From Acidobacteriota bacterium (GTDB lineage: Bacteria > Acidobacteriota > UBA6911): a DNA stretch of 38,591 bases. Below, in pieces: positions 31,986 through 38,591 of the stretch. The position numbers and the translations under genes are program-made. How positions within the stretch are numbered: position 1 is the stretch's first letter; every line of letters begins with the position of its first letter. The notes beneath the pieces were generated by a model. That model was not told the origin of the DNA and ran no database searches. It was given only the letters and a program-made list of their open reading frames with translations. The stretch lies in contig JBEKKY010000002.1 of assembly GCA_050010475.1 (NCBI GenBank), forward strand, positions 1 through 38,591. The letters run 5' to 3'.

Positions 31986-32762
31986 ATGAGTGCATTTGAA
32001 CTGATCCCGGCAATTGACCTGAAAGGGGGTAAATGCGTCCGTCTGCAGGAGGGGATTGCCTCCCGGTCGACTGAATACAGCGATGACCCCGTTGCCATGG
32101 CTCTCCACTGGGAGGAATTGGGAGCGAAGCGGCTGCATCTGGTGGATCTTGACGGAGCATTTTCGGGCGCAGCGACGCACCTGAAAATTGCGCAGTCGAT
32201 TTTCCGTGCACTTAGGATCCCGGTCCAGTTCGGAGGAGGATTGCGGACCTTCGAGCAGATCGAGACGATCCTGGACCTTGGAGCCGATCGTGCAATTCTG
32301 GGTACGGTGGCGGTAGAGAATCCTGAGATCGTAGAAACAGCTGTGCAGCGCCATCCATCGGCAATCATTGTCGGAATCGATGCGCGCAAAGGAAAGGTCA
32401 CGCTGCGAGGCTGGGTCGATCAGACAACCGTGCCCGCCGCCGAACTGGCCAGTCGCATGAAAAAGTTCGGAGTGGAACGGGTCATTTATACCGATGTTGC
32501 CCGGGATGGAATGCTTTCCGGCGTGAATTATGATGAAACGGAGAATCTGTGCCGCCAGACGGGGCTGAAAGTGATCGCCAGCGGAGGAGTGTCAAGCGTT
32601 GAGGATGTCCGCGCTTTATGGGAACGGCGCGCTTGCGGAATTGAAGGGGTTGTTCTGGGCCGGTCGCTCTATGACGGGAAAATCGATTTCGGCGATCTGC
32701 GTGCCCAACTTGAAATGTGGGGCGGCTCTCCAGAGCCGCCCGGCGCGAAGCGCCGTATATGA
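31986..32762 (+). CDS. hisA: ProFAR isomerase
   Basis: [23 protein letters not shown] and VIASGGVSS blocks. RBS aggag upstream. Confidence 0.9.
   Translation: MSAFELIPAIDLKGGKCVRLQEGIASRSTEYSDDPVAMALHWEELGAKRLHLVDLDGAFSGAATHLKIAQSIFRALRIPVQFGGGLRTFEQIETILDLGADRAILGTVAVENPEIVETAVQRHPSAIIVGIDARKGKVTLRGWVDQTTVPAAELASRMKKFGVERVIYTDVARDGMLSGVNYDETENLCRQTGLKVIASGGVSSVEDVRALWERRACGIEGVVLGRSLYDGKIDFGDLRAQLEMWGGSPEPPGAKRRI
32714..32750. repeat. Copy of the ATGTGGGG-CGGCTCTCCAGAGCCG hairpin unit embedded in the last codons of hisA
   Basis: atgtggggcggctctccagagccgcccggcgcgaagcg aligns almost base for base with 9377-9414 (atgtggggacggctctccagagccgtcccgcccgagcg). Confidence 0.55.
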
Positions 32763-32773
32763 GAGCATGACCT

Positions 32774-33553
32774 ATGTTGGCGAAAAGAATCATACCTTGC
32801 CTGGATGTCTGTGAGGGCCGCGTTGTCAAAGGCACGCACTTCGTGAATCTGAGGGATGCCGGAGATCCCGTTGAAACGGCGGAACGGTATGATTGTGAAG
32901 GAGCGGATGAGCTGGTTTTTCTAGATATCACGGCCTCGTCCGACCTCCGGGATATTGTCACCCGAATGGTCCGTGCTGTCGCAGACAAAATATTTATTCC
33001 GTTTACCGTAGGCGGTGGACTGCGCACCCTTGAAGACATTCAGGCAATTCTCAGAGCAGGCGCCGACAAAGTGTCTTTGAATACGTCGGCAATTGAAAAT
33101 CCCGACCTGATTCGAGAGGCTTCGAGGTATTTCGGATCTCAATGTATTGTGGTGGCCATCGATGCTCGCAGGGTGCAGCCGTGGAACCCGGAGGATCCGC
33201 GCTGGGAAGTGACCACGCACGGCGGGAGAGTCACGCGATCTTTGGAAGCCGTCGCCTGGGCTGGAGAAGCGGCCGAACGTGGCGCCGGGGAGATATTGCT
33301 CACTTCCATGGATCGGGACGGCACACAGGCAGGATACGACAATGTGCTGAATCGCAGAGTTTCCGAAAAGGTGGGAATTCCCGTGATTGCCTCGGGCGGC
33401 TGCGGATCGCTCCAGGATATTGCGGACGCCTTCATTGAAGGAAAGGCCAGCGCTGCCTTGGCGGCTTCCATCTTTCATTTCGGACATTACACGATCGCAG
33501 AAGCCAAGCGGGAGTTGCGGAAGTGCGGAATTCCGGTGCGGCTTGCGGATTAG
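32774..33553 (+). CDS. hisF: Imidazole glycerol phosphate synthase, cyclase subunit
   Basis: [25 protein letters not shown] and IASGG blocks. Confidence 0.9.
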   Translation: MLAKRIIPCLDVCEGRVVKGTHFVNLRDAGDPVETAERYDCEGADELVFLDITASSDLRDIVTRMVRAVADKIFIPFTVGGGLRTLEDIQAILRAGADKVSLNTSAIENPDLIREASRYFGSQCIVVAIDARRVQPWNPEDPRWEVTTHGGRVTRSLEAVAWAGEAAERGAGEILLTSMDRDGTQAGYDNVLNRRVSEKVGIPVIASGGCGSLQDIADAFIEGKASAALAASIFHFGHYTIAEAKRELRKCGIPVRLAD

Positions 33554-33565
33554 ACGCTTTACAAA

Positions 33566-33639
33566 AACAAAAACGCCACGGATTCCACGGATTAACACAG
33601 ATTAAAATCCGTGGAATCCGTGGGATCCGTGGCGTTTTT
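33566..33639. terminator. Long CGCCACGGATT-family hairpin with A-run and T-run flanks, inside the his cluster between hisF and hisI
   Basis: The left arm aaaaacgccacggattccacggatt (33569-33593) pairs with aatccgtggaatccgtgggatccgtggcgttttt (33606-33639). The right arm has one extra octamer unit. Confidence 0.7.
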
Positions 33640-33671
33640 GCTTTTAAATTCTGAATGTAAGAGAGCAGGTT

Positions 33672-33998
33672 ATGAAAAAAGTCGAGGAGCTTAAATGGGG
33701 TTCCACGGGATTGATTCCCGCGGTTGTGCAGGATGCCGCCTCCGGCGAAGTGCTTACCGTGGCGTATGTGAGCCGCGAGAGTCTGGCCAGAATGCGAGAA
33801 CTGGGCGAAACGGTTTTTTACAGCCGCAGCCGCCAGTGCCTCTGGCATAAAGGAGAGACCTCCGGCAACACTCAGAAGGTGGTAAAGATAACGACGGATT
33901 GCGATCAGGATGCAATTGTCATCCAAGTGAATCCAAAGGGTCCCGCATGCCACACTGGGGCGCGTTCCTGCTTTTTTGAGGAAGTGGAAGGGTTTTAA
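33672..33998 (+). CDS. hisI: Phosphoribosyl-AMP cyclohydrolase (monofunctional, no HisE fusion)
   Basis: [24 protein letters not shown] and GPACHTG motifs; 108 aa. Confidence 0.9.
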   Translation: MKKVEELKWGSTGLIPAVVQDAASGEVLTVAYVSRESLARMRELGETVFYSRSRQCLWHKGETSGNTQKVVKITTDCDQDAIVIQVNPKGPACHTGARSCFFEEVEGF

Positions 33999-34079
33999 GG
34001 CCCCGGGATATCAAATCTCTTAAAGTGCTGCGGCTTCCCAAAGTTGGTCTGATATAATCGATTTTGTAAGGGAGTCAAC

Positions 34080-35336
34080 ATGCAGGATGTAATGGGAGTG
34101 GTCCTGAGCGGCGGACAAGGCCAGCGCTTGTACCCGCTCACCAAGTTCCGAAGCAAACCTGCGGTCCCGCTGGGCGGGAAGTACCGGCTCATCGATATTC
34201 CGATCAGCAACTGTCTGAACTCGCAGATCAATAAGGTTTTTGTCCTTACCCAGTTCAACTCGGCGTCCCTCAACAAGCACATTGTTCAGACTTACAAGTT
34301 CGACATGTTCTGCGGCGGATTCGTCGATATCCTTGCCGCCGAGCAGACTCCGGACAATCCGAACTGGTTTCAGGGCACTGCCGATGCGGTTCGGCAGAGC
34401 ATCAAACATCTCCTGCCGTATACCGATGTGCAGTACATCATCGTTCTTTCCGGTGATCAGCTCTACCAAATGGATTTGCGGCGTGTAATCAGTTTCCACA
34501 TCGAGCAGAAAGCCGACATCACGGTCGCCGCCGTGCCGGTATCCGCCGATTCGGCTACGAATTTGGGGCTCATGAAAGTTCAGGAAGATGGAAGAGCGAT
34601 TTCCTGGCGGGAAAAGCCGAAATTTGAGGAGTTGCCGAAGATGCGCAGCACCAGTCGCCCCGACGGACGCGACTATCTCGCCAGCATGGGGATTTATGTC
34701 TTTCACAAGCAGCTCCTGACGGATCTGCTGACGGAATCCACGGCGATCGATTTCGGGAAGGAACTCATTCCTAACGCCATTCACAGTCGGCGGGTATCCG
34801 CCTTCATCTTCGATGGATACTGGGAGGACATCGGGACGGTTCGCTCGTTTTATGAAGCGAATCTTGCATTGACCGAGATTTCGCCCAAGTTCAGTTTCTA
34901 CGACGTTAACATGCCGATTTACACACATCCCAGAAATTTGCCCGGATCAAAATTGAACAACTGCAACATCCATCAATCGATTGTCGCCGAGGGCTGCATT
35001 CTTAACGGTGCGGATGTCAAGCACTCCATCATCGGTGTTCGAAGCCGCATCGGAGGTGGAACAACCATCAAACATTCCGTCGTCATGGGTGCGGACCGCT
35101 TTGAGACCGTTGAACAGTTGGAGGAAAATGCGGCAAAGAAAATTCCCAGCATTGGAATTGGGAATCACTGCACCATCATCAACGCCATCATCGATAAAGA
35201 TGTGCGAATCGGCGACAGCGTTTCTATCATCAACGCGCATAACCTGCAGGAGAAGGACGACGATCATTACAACATCCGGGACGGCATTATTGTCGTTCCG
35301 AAGGGATCCTTGATTCGCAGCGGCACGGTCATTTGA
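34080..35336 (+). CDS. glgC: Glucose-1-phosphate adenylyltransferase
   Basis: VLSGGQGQRLYPLT..RSKPAVPLGGKYRLIDIPISNC, FQGTADAV and a C-terminal left-handed beta-helix region. Confidence 0.9.
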   Translation: MQDVMGVVLSGGQGQRLYPLTKFRSKPAVPLGGKYRLIDIPISNCLNSQINKVFVLTQFNSASLNKHIVQTYKFDMFCGGFVDILAAEQTPDNPNWFQGTADAVRQSIKHLLPYTDVQYIIVLSGDQLYQMDLRRVISFHIEQKADITVAAVPVSADSATNLGLMKVQEDGRAISWREKPKFEELPKMRSTSRPDGRDYLASMGIYVFHKQLLTDLLTESTAIDFGKELIPNAIHSRRVSAFIFDGYWEDIGTVRSFYEANLALTEISPKFSFYDVNMPIYTHPRNLPGSKLNNCNIHQSIVAEGCILNGADVKHSIIGVRSRIGGGTTIKHSVVMGADRFETVEQLEENAAKKIPSIGIGNHCTIINAIIDKDVRIGDSVSIINAHNLQEKDDDHYNIRDGIIVVPKGSLIRSGTVI

Positions 35337-35347
35337 GTTTCAATCCC

Positions 35348-36205
35348 ATGAATGAATTGTTGGCAGGCGCCCACGTCTCCATCGCCGGGGGCATGCACCT
35401 CGCATTCGAACGGGGCGCACGTCTGCAATGCACGGCTATTCAGATCTTCCTGAAAAGCAGCAACCAATGGAAAGCAAAACTGCTGACAGAGCAGGATCGG
35501 GTTCTTTTTCGGGAAGCGCGAGAGCGCAGCGCAATCAAGGCTGTCCTGGCCCATGACAGCTATCTGATTAACTTGGGGTCTCCAGACCGCGATTTGTATC
35601 GGAAATCTCTTGACGCTTTTGTGGAGGAGATGAAGCGTGCCAATTTCCTTGGTGTGCAGTCCCTGATCCTGCATCCCGGGGCGCATATGGGTGCAGGAAT
35701 TACAGCGGGAATTGCTCGGGTTGCCAGGGCGCTCACGCGCGCCCTCGATTTGATCGAACCACCGGTTCAAATTCTCCTGGAGAATACGGCAGGTCAGGGG
35801 ACCTGTATCGGTCACAGATTTGAACATCTGGCTGCCATTCTGGAACGGGTCCGGAATACGGACCGGGCCGGCGTTTGCCTGGACACGTGTCACCTGTTTG
35901 CGGCCGGATACGACATTCGCACGGCCGAAGGGTATGCTGAAACATTCCAGCAATTTGATCGCCTCATCGGTCTTGGAAATATACGGGCTTTTCACGTCAA
36001 CGACAGCAAAAAGGAATTGGGCAGCCGGGTGGACCGCCACTTCCATATCGGCCAGGGCTTTATCGGCCTCAACGCCTTCCGCTTTCTGCTCAATGACAAA
36101 CGATTCGCGGCGATACCGAAAATTCTGGAAACTCCCAAGGGTCCCGGTATCGAGGAAGATCTTATGAACCTCGCTACGCTCAAATCTTTGATCCCTGATC
36201 CCTGA
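35348..36205 (+). CDS. nfo: Deoxyribonuclease (endonuclease) IV
   Basis: GAHVSIAGG, ILHPGAH, LLENTAGQG, VCLDTCHLFAAGYD and FHVNDSK motifs. Start at ATG 35348; a TTG at 35333 overlapping the glgC stop is the alternative. Confidence 0.85.
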   Translation: MNELLAGAHVSIAGGMHLAFERGARLQCTAIQIFLKSSNQWKAKLLTEQDRVLFREARERSAIKAVLAHDSYLINLGSPDRDLYRKSLDAFVEEMKRANFLGVQSLILHPGAHMGAGITAGIARVARALTRALDLIEPPVQILLENTAGQGTCIGHRFEHLAAILERVRNTDRAGVCLDTCHLFAAGYDIRTAEGYAETFQQFDRLIGLGNIRAFHVNDSKKELGSRVDRHFHIGQGFIGLNAFRFLLNDKRFAAIPKILETPKGPGIEEDLMNLATLKSLIPDP

Positions 36206-36242
36206 TTCTAAATCCCTCATCGCAGATTCAATCGGAAAGTCT

Positions 36243-36323
36243 GAAATTATCGAATTTCGAAGTGCCAGCTGCGCTGGCTTCCAATTCTGCGTTCGAAATT
36301 CCATGTTCGATATTCGAAATTTT
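36243..36323. repeat. Imperfect hairpin of TCGAAATT-like octamers downstream of nfo, with the inner hairpin gccagc-tgc-gctggc
   Basis: gaatttcgaa (36252-36261) pairs perfectly with ttcgaaattc (36292-36301) and the outer arms are partly complementary. A one-armed GATCCCT heptamer tract (36190-36216) precedes it and encodes the nfo C-terminus. Confidence 0.4.
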
Positions 36324-36490
36324 AAATATTTTTGTTTAGTATTAACATGTCTCCACTCCGGTCTAAAATGCGGTGGCCGTCATGAGATCCCCGGAGCAGA
36401 CGGACACAGTTAGCATAATGCCCACAAGGGAACTGAGGGGCTTCATGGGCACGCTGCAATGCAAGACTGCAGCTTTCCCGCCTATACGCC

Positions 36491-38023
36491 ATGTCCATTC
36501 AACTCTTCCGAACCAAGAGTCTCGATGCGATTCTGCAGGAGAGTGTGGCTCCTGAGCGTCAGTTGAAGCGGGTTCTGGGCGCATTTGATGTCGTGATGCT
36601 AGGGATCGGCGCGATCATCGGAGCCGGAATTTTCGCGACTATTGGAACCGCTGCGGCAGGGGATCCTGCGCGGCCCGGGGCCGGGCCCGCATTGATTGTA
36701 TCTTTTATTATCACGGGGATTGGCTGCGGATTCGCGGCGCTCTGTTACGCGGAATTTTCCGCGATGGTCCCTATTTCCGGCAGCGCCTATACGTATTCCT
36801 ACGCGACACTTGGTGAGCTCGTGGCCTGGATCATCGGATGGGATCTGATCATCGAGTACGCTGTCGGCAATGTCGCCGTTGCAATCAGTTGGGCGAATTA
36901 TTTCAAGACCTTTGTCGCAGGTTTCGGTTTGATCATTCCCGACTGGCTTTCCACGGACTTCCGAACGGCGCGGAAAATTCCGGGCCTTATGGCGCACGCC
37001 CCTCATCTGTTCGGTGTGCCGATCGTCTTCAATCTTCTTTCCATCGGCATCGTCACGTTAATCACGATCGTGCTTGTTCTTGGCATACGCGGGAGCTCTC
37101 GAACCAACACGGCCATGGTTCTCATAAAACTGGTTGTTCTGTCATTCTTCGTGTTCGTCGGCATTCACTACGTCAAGCCGGCGAACTGGACGCCTTTCGC
37201 CCCGAACGGCTGGGCGGGAATCCAGGCCGGGGCCGCTATTGTCTTTTTTGCATATATCGGGTTTGACGCTGTCTCAACGGTTGCAGAGGAGGTGCGCAAT
37301 CCGAAACGCGATCTCCCGATCGGCATTATCGGATCGCTGATCGTCTGTACGATCATCTATATCATTGTCGCGGCGGTCTTCACGGGCATTATCCCCTATT
37401 CATCTCTCGTTCGGGTGCTTGCCACGCAGCAAGCGGAGCCGCTGACACTTGCGCTCCAATATGCCCGGATCGAACGGCCGCTGACACTTGCGCTCCAATA
37501 TGCCCGGATCGAACGCTGGGGTGATCTATTCATCGGCATCGTGGCATTCGGCTCCGTTGTCGCGCATACCGCGGTGCTTCTCGTTTTCCAGCTCGGCCAG
37601 CCGCGGATCTTCTTCTCGATGGCGCGGGATGGGCTGCTTCCCCAGAGCTTTGCAAAAGTCCACCCCAGGTATCGGACTCCCTATGTGACCACAATTCTGA
37701 CCGGCGCCGCCGTCGGGATCACATCTATGGTTACAAGCATCGATGAGATGGTGGACCTGACGAATATCGGGACACTGTTTGCATTCATTCTCGTGTGCAT
37801 AGGTATTTTGATCCTGCGCAAACGGGATCCGGGGCGGCCGAGGGCTTTCCGCACACCGTTCGTCCCTCTGGTCCCGATTCTCGGGATTCTTTCCTGTCTA
37901 TATCTGATGCTTGGCCTCCCGTGGATAACCTGGGTGCGTTTCGGCATTTGGCTGATCGTCGGTATGGTCATATATTTTTTCTATGGATTCAGACGAAGCC
38001 ATCTGCACCGCGCCTCTTCCTAA
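36491..38023 (+). CDS. APC-superfamily amino acid permease
   Basis: Opening LFRTKSLDAIL...LKRVLGAFDVVMLGIGAIIGAGIF, the block GSAYTYSYATLGE, and about 12 hydrophobic helices. Confidence 0.85.
   Translation: MSIQLFRTKSLDAILQESVAPERQLKRVLGAFDVVMLGIGAIIGAGIFATIGTAAAGDPARPGAGPALIVSFIITGIGCGFAALCYAEFSAMVPISGSAYTYSYATLGELVAWIIGWDLIIEYAVGNVAVAISWANYFKTFVAGFGLIIPDWLSTDFRTARKIPGLMAHAPHLFGVPIVFNLLSIGIVTLITIVLVLGIRGSSRTNTAMVLIKLVVLSFFVFVGIHYVKPANWTPFAPNGWAGIQAGAAIVFFAYIGFDAVSTVAEEVRNPKRDLPIGIIGSLIVCTIIYIIVAAVFTGIIPYSSLVRVLATQQAEPLTLALQYARIERPLTLALQYARIERWGDLFIGIVAFGSVVAHTAVLLVFQLGQPRIFFSMARDGLLPQSFAKVHPRYRTPYVTTILTGAAVGITSMVTSIDEMVDLTNIGTLFAFILVCIGILILRKRDPGRPRAFRTPFVPLVPILGILSCLYLMLGLPWITWVRFGIWLIVGMVIYFFYGFRRSHLHRASS
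37438..37515 (+). repeat. Perfect tandem duplication of a 39-bp unit inside the permease CDS (in frame, +13 aa)
   Basis: gccgctgacacttgcgctccaatatgcccggatcgaacg occurs at 37438-37476 and again at 37477-37515 with no mismatch. The protein reads PLTLALQYARIER twice. Confidence 0.95.
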
Positions 38024-38138
38024 TCCGTTGGGAGATCCACCGGCTCTGCTGGTGAGGCAGCATAAGTTTGACAAATGCTGGAGTGTGCCTTTTCTCCCCG
38101 TTCTGACAGAAATCAAGAAGATAAGAACTGCGAAATAT

Positions 38139-38216
38139 AGAATATCGAATGTCGAATGTCGAACCGCAGAAGTTGGGACCGCACTTCGAGATTCATCATT
38201 CGTTATTCGATATTCT
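38139..38216. repeat. Imperfect hairpin with arms of TCGAATGT-like octamers downstream of the permease
   Basis: agaatatcgaat (38139-38150) pairs perfectly with attcgatattct (38205-38216). The inner parts of the arms are partly complementary. Confidence 0.55.
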
Positions 38217-38306
38217 GCGGTTCAAAAAGCTGCAGGGATATAGCATGATTCCCCTTCGGCCAGCAGGTCTGAGATCGATTTCCGTTTGAACAGTTGCATA
38301 AATGAA

Positions 38307-38393
38307 CTCGAGATTCGGAATTCGAGATTAAAAACCGATAAAGAATGGAAGGACCACCATAATCGCGAATTTCGAATTTCAAATCTCGAATCG
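38307..38393. repeat. Imperfect hairpin with arms of TCGAGATT / AATCTCGA-like octamers abutting the helicase stop codon
   Basis: The left arm is ctcgagattcggaattcgagatt (38307-38329) and the right arm aatcgcgaatttcgaatttcaaatctcgaatcg (38361-38393). The tcgagatt/aatctcga blocks are exactly complementary. Confidence 0.55.
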
Positions 38394-38591
38394 CTACAAT
38401 GCCTTTAATTTTGCATACCTCTCAACCAGAGTCTTTTTTCCAACGCGGCTGAAAGTGACTGTGAGCTTGATTTCGTTCCCGGCGCGCTCCCGGCTGAGCA
38501 CAATTCCATCGCCGAACTGTTCATGGCGGACCCGCATGCCGGCTTTGAACAAAGGCCCGGAACTTGACCCTTCATCTGCTCTTTGCGAGGA
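38394..38591 (-). CDS. C-terminal end of a UvrD/PcrA/Rep-like DNA helicase (partial, continues beyond the window)
   Basis: My own minus-strand translation is open from 38591 to the stop at 38394-38396: ...GMRVRHEQFGDGIVLSRERAGNEIKLTVTFSRVGKKTLVERYAKLKAL*. This is the characteristic UvrD-family C-terminal tail (V.H..FG.G.V......V.F...G.K.L...YA.L). It is absent from the ORF track because it has no in-window start. Confidence 0.65.
   Translation of the reverse strand, partial: SSQRADEGSSSGPLFKAGMRVRHEQFGDGIVLSRERAGNEIKLTVTFSRVGKKTLVERYAKLKAL

Noticed and set aside
36324-36490. Possible riboswitch or leader upstream of the amino acid permease (short stems tgccca/tgggca and ctgca/tgcag).
   Set aside because: I recognise no conserved core of the glycine, lysine, SAM or other amino-acid-related riboswitches. 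The stems are short, and an Infernal/Rfam scan would be needed.
1-38591. Genomic island, prophage or defence island signals, and tRNA/rRNA genes.
   Set aside because: No integrase, transposase, phage structural, restriction-modification or toxin-antitoxin genes were recognised. No cloverleaf-like or rRNA-like stretch was noticed in the intergenic gaps. Composition looks uniform by eye. The window reads as core chromosome.

Overview
Chromosomal, mostly housekeeping window from a moderately GC-rich bacterium. The gene content and the style of the intergenic palindromes suggest an Acidobacteriota-like soil or sediment organism, but that is only a guess. All family calls come from motif recognition by eye; no searches were run. 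I can support about 32 protein genes. On the left: partial SDR, signal peptidase I, a small membrane protein, an ECF sigma factor and homoserine dehydrogenase. Then DUF72-imuB-dnaE2 (an error-prone polymerase cassette), a secreted MBL hydrolase, a 705-aa HEXXH lipoprotein, alanine dehydrogenase and a CoA-transferase. Next: a TPR protein, a ParB-like protein paired with an SPL-family radical SAM protein, and a receiver/HD-GYP regulator. Then a Cu-type P1B ATPase, feoB plus a DtxR-family regulator, an acyl-CoA carboxyltransferase and dinB. On the right: hisD-C-B-H-A-F-I, glgC, nfo, an APC amino acid permease, and the 3' end of a UvrD/PcrA-like helicase on the minus strand, which is missing from the ORF track. 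I saw no rRNA, tRNA, CRISPR array, transposase, integrase or phage genes. Four things deserve a second look. (1) The ParB-like + spore-photoproduct-lyase-like radical SAM pair at 15.6-17.8 kb is my best candidate for an uncharacterised DNA repair or modification module. (2) The imuB-dnaE2 cassette has no imuA and has a DUF72 gene in that position. (3) Nearly every intergenic gap holds a palindromic element, from at least five sequence families. These include REPIN-like doublets and hairpins whose arms are tandem 7-8 nt repeats. They sit on stop codons, interrupt operons and supply C-terminal codons to several genes. (4) The permease gene carries a perfect in-frame 39-bp tandem duplication.
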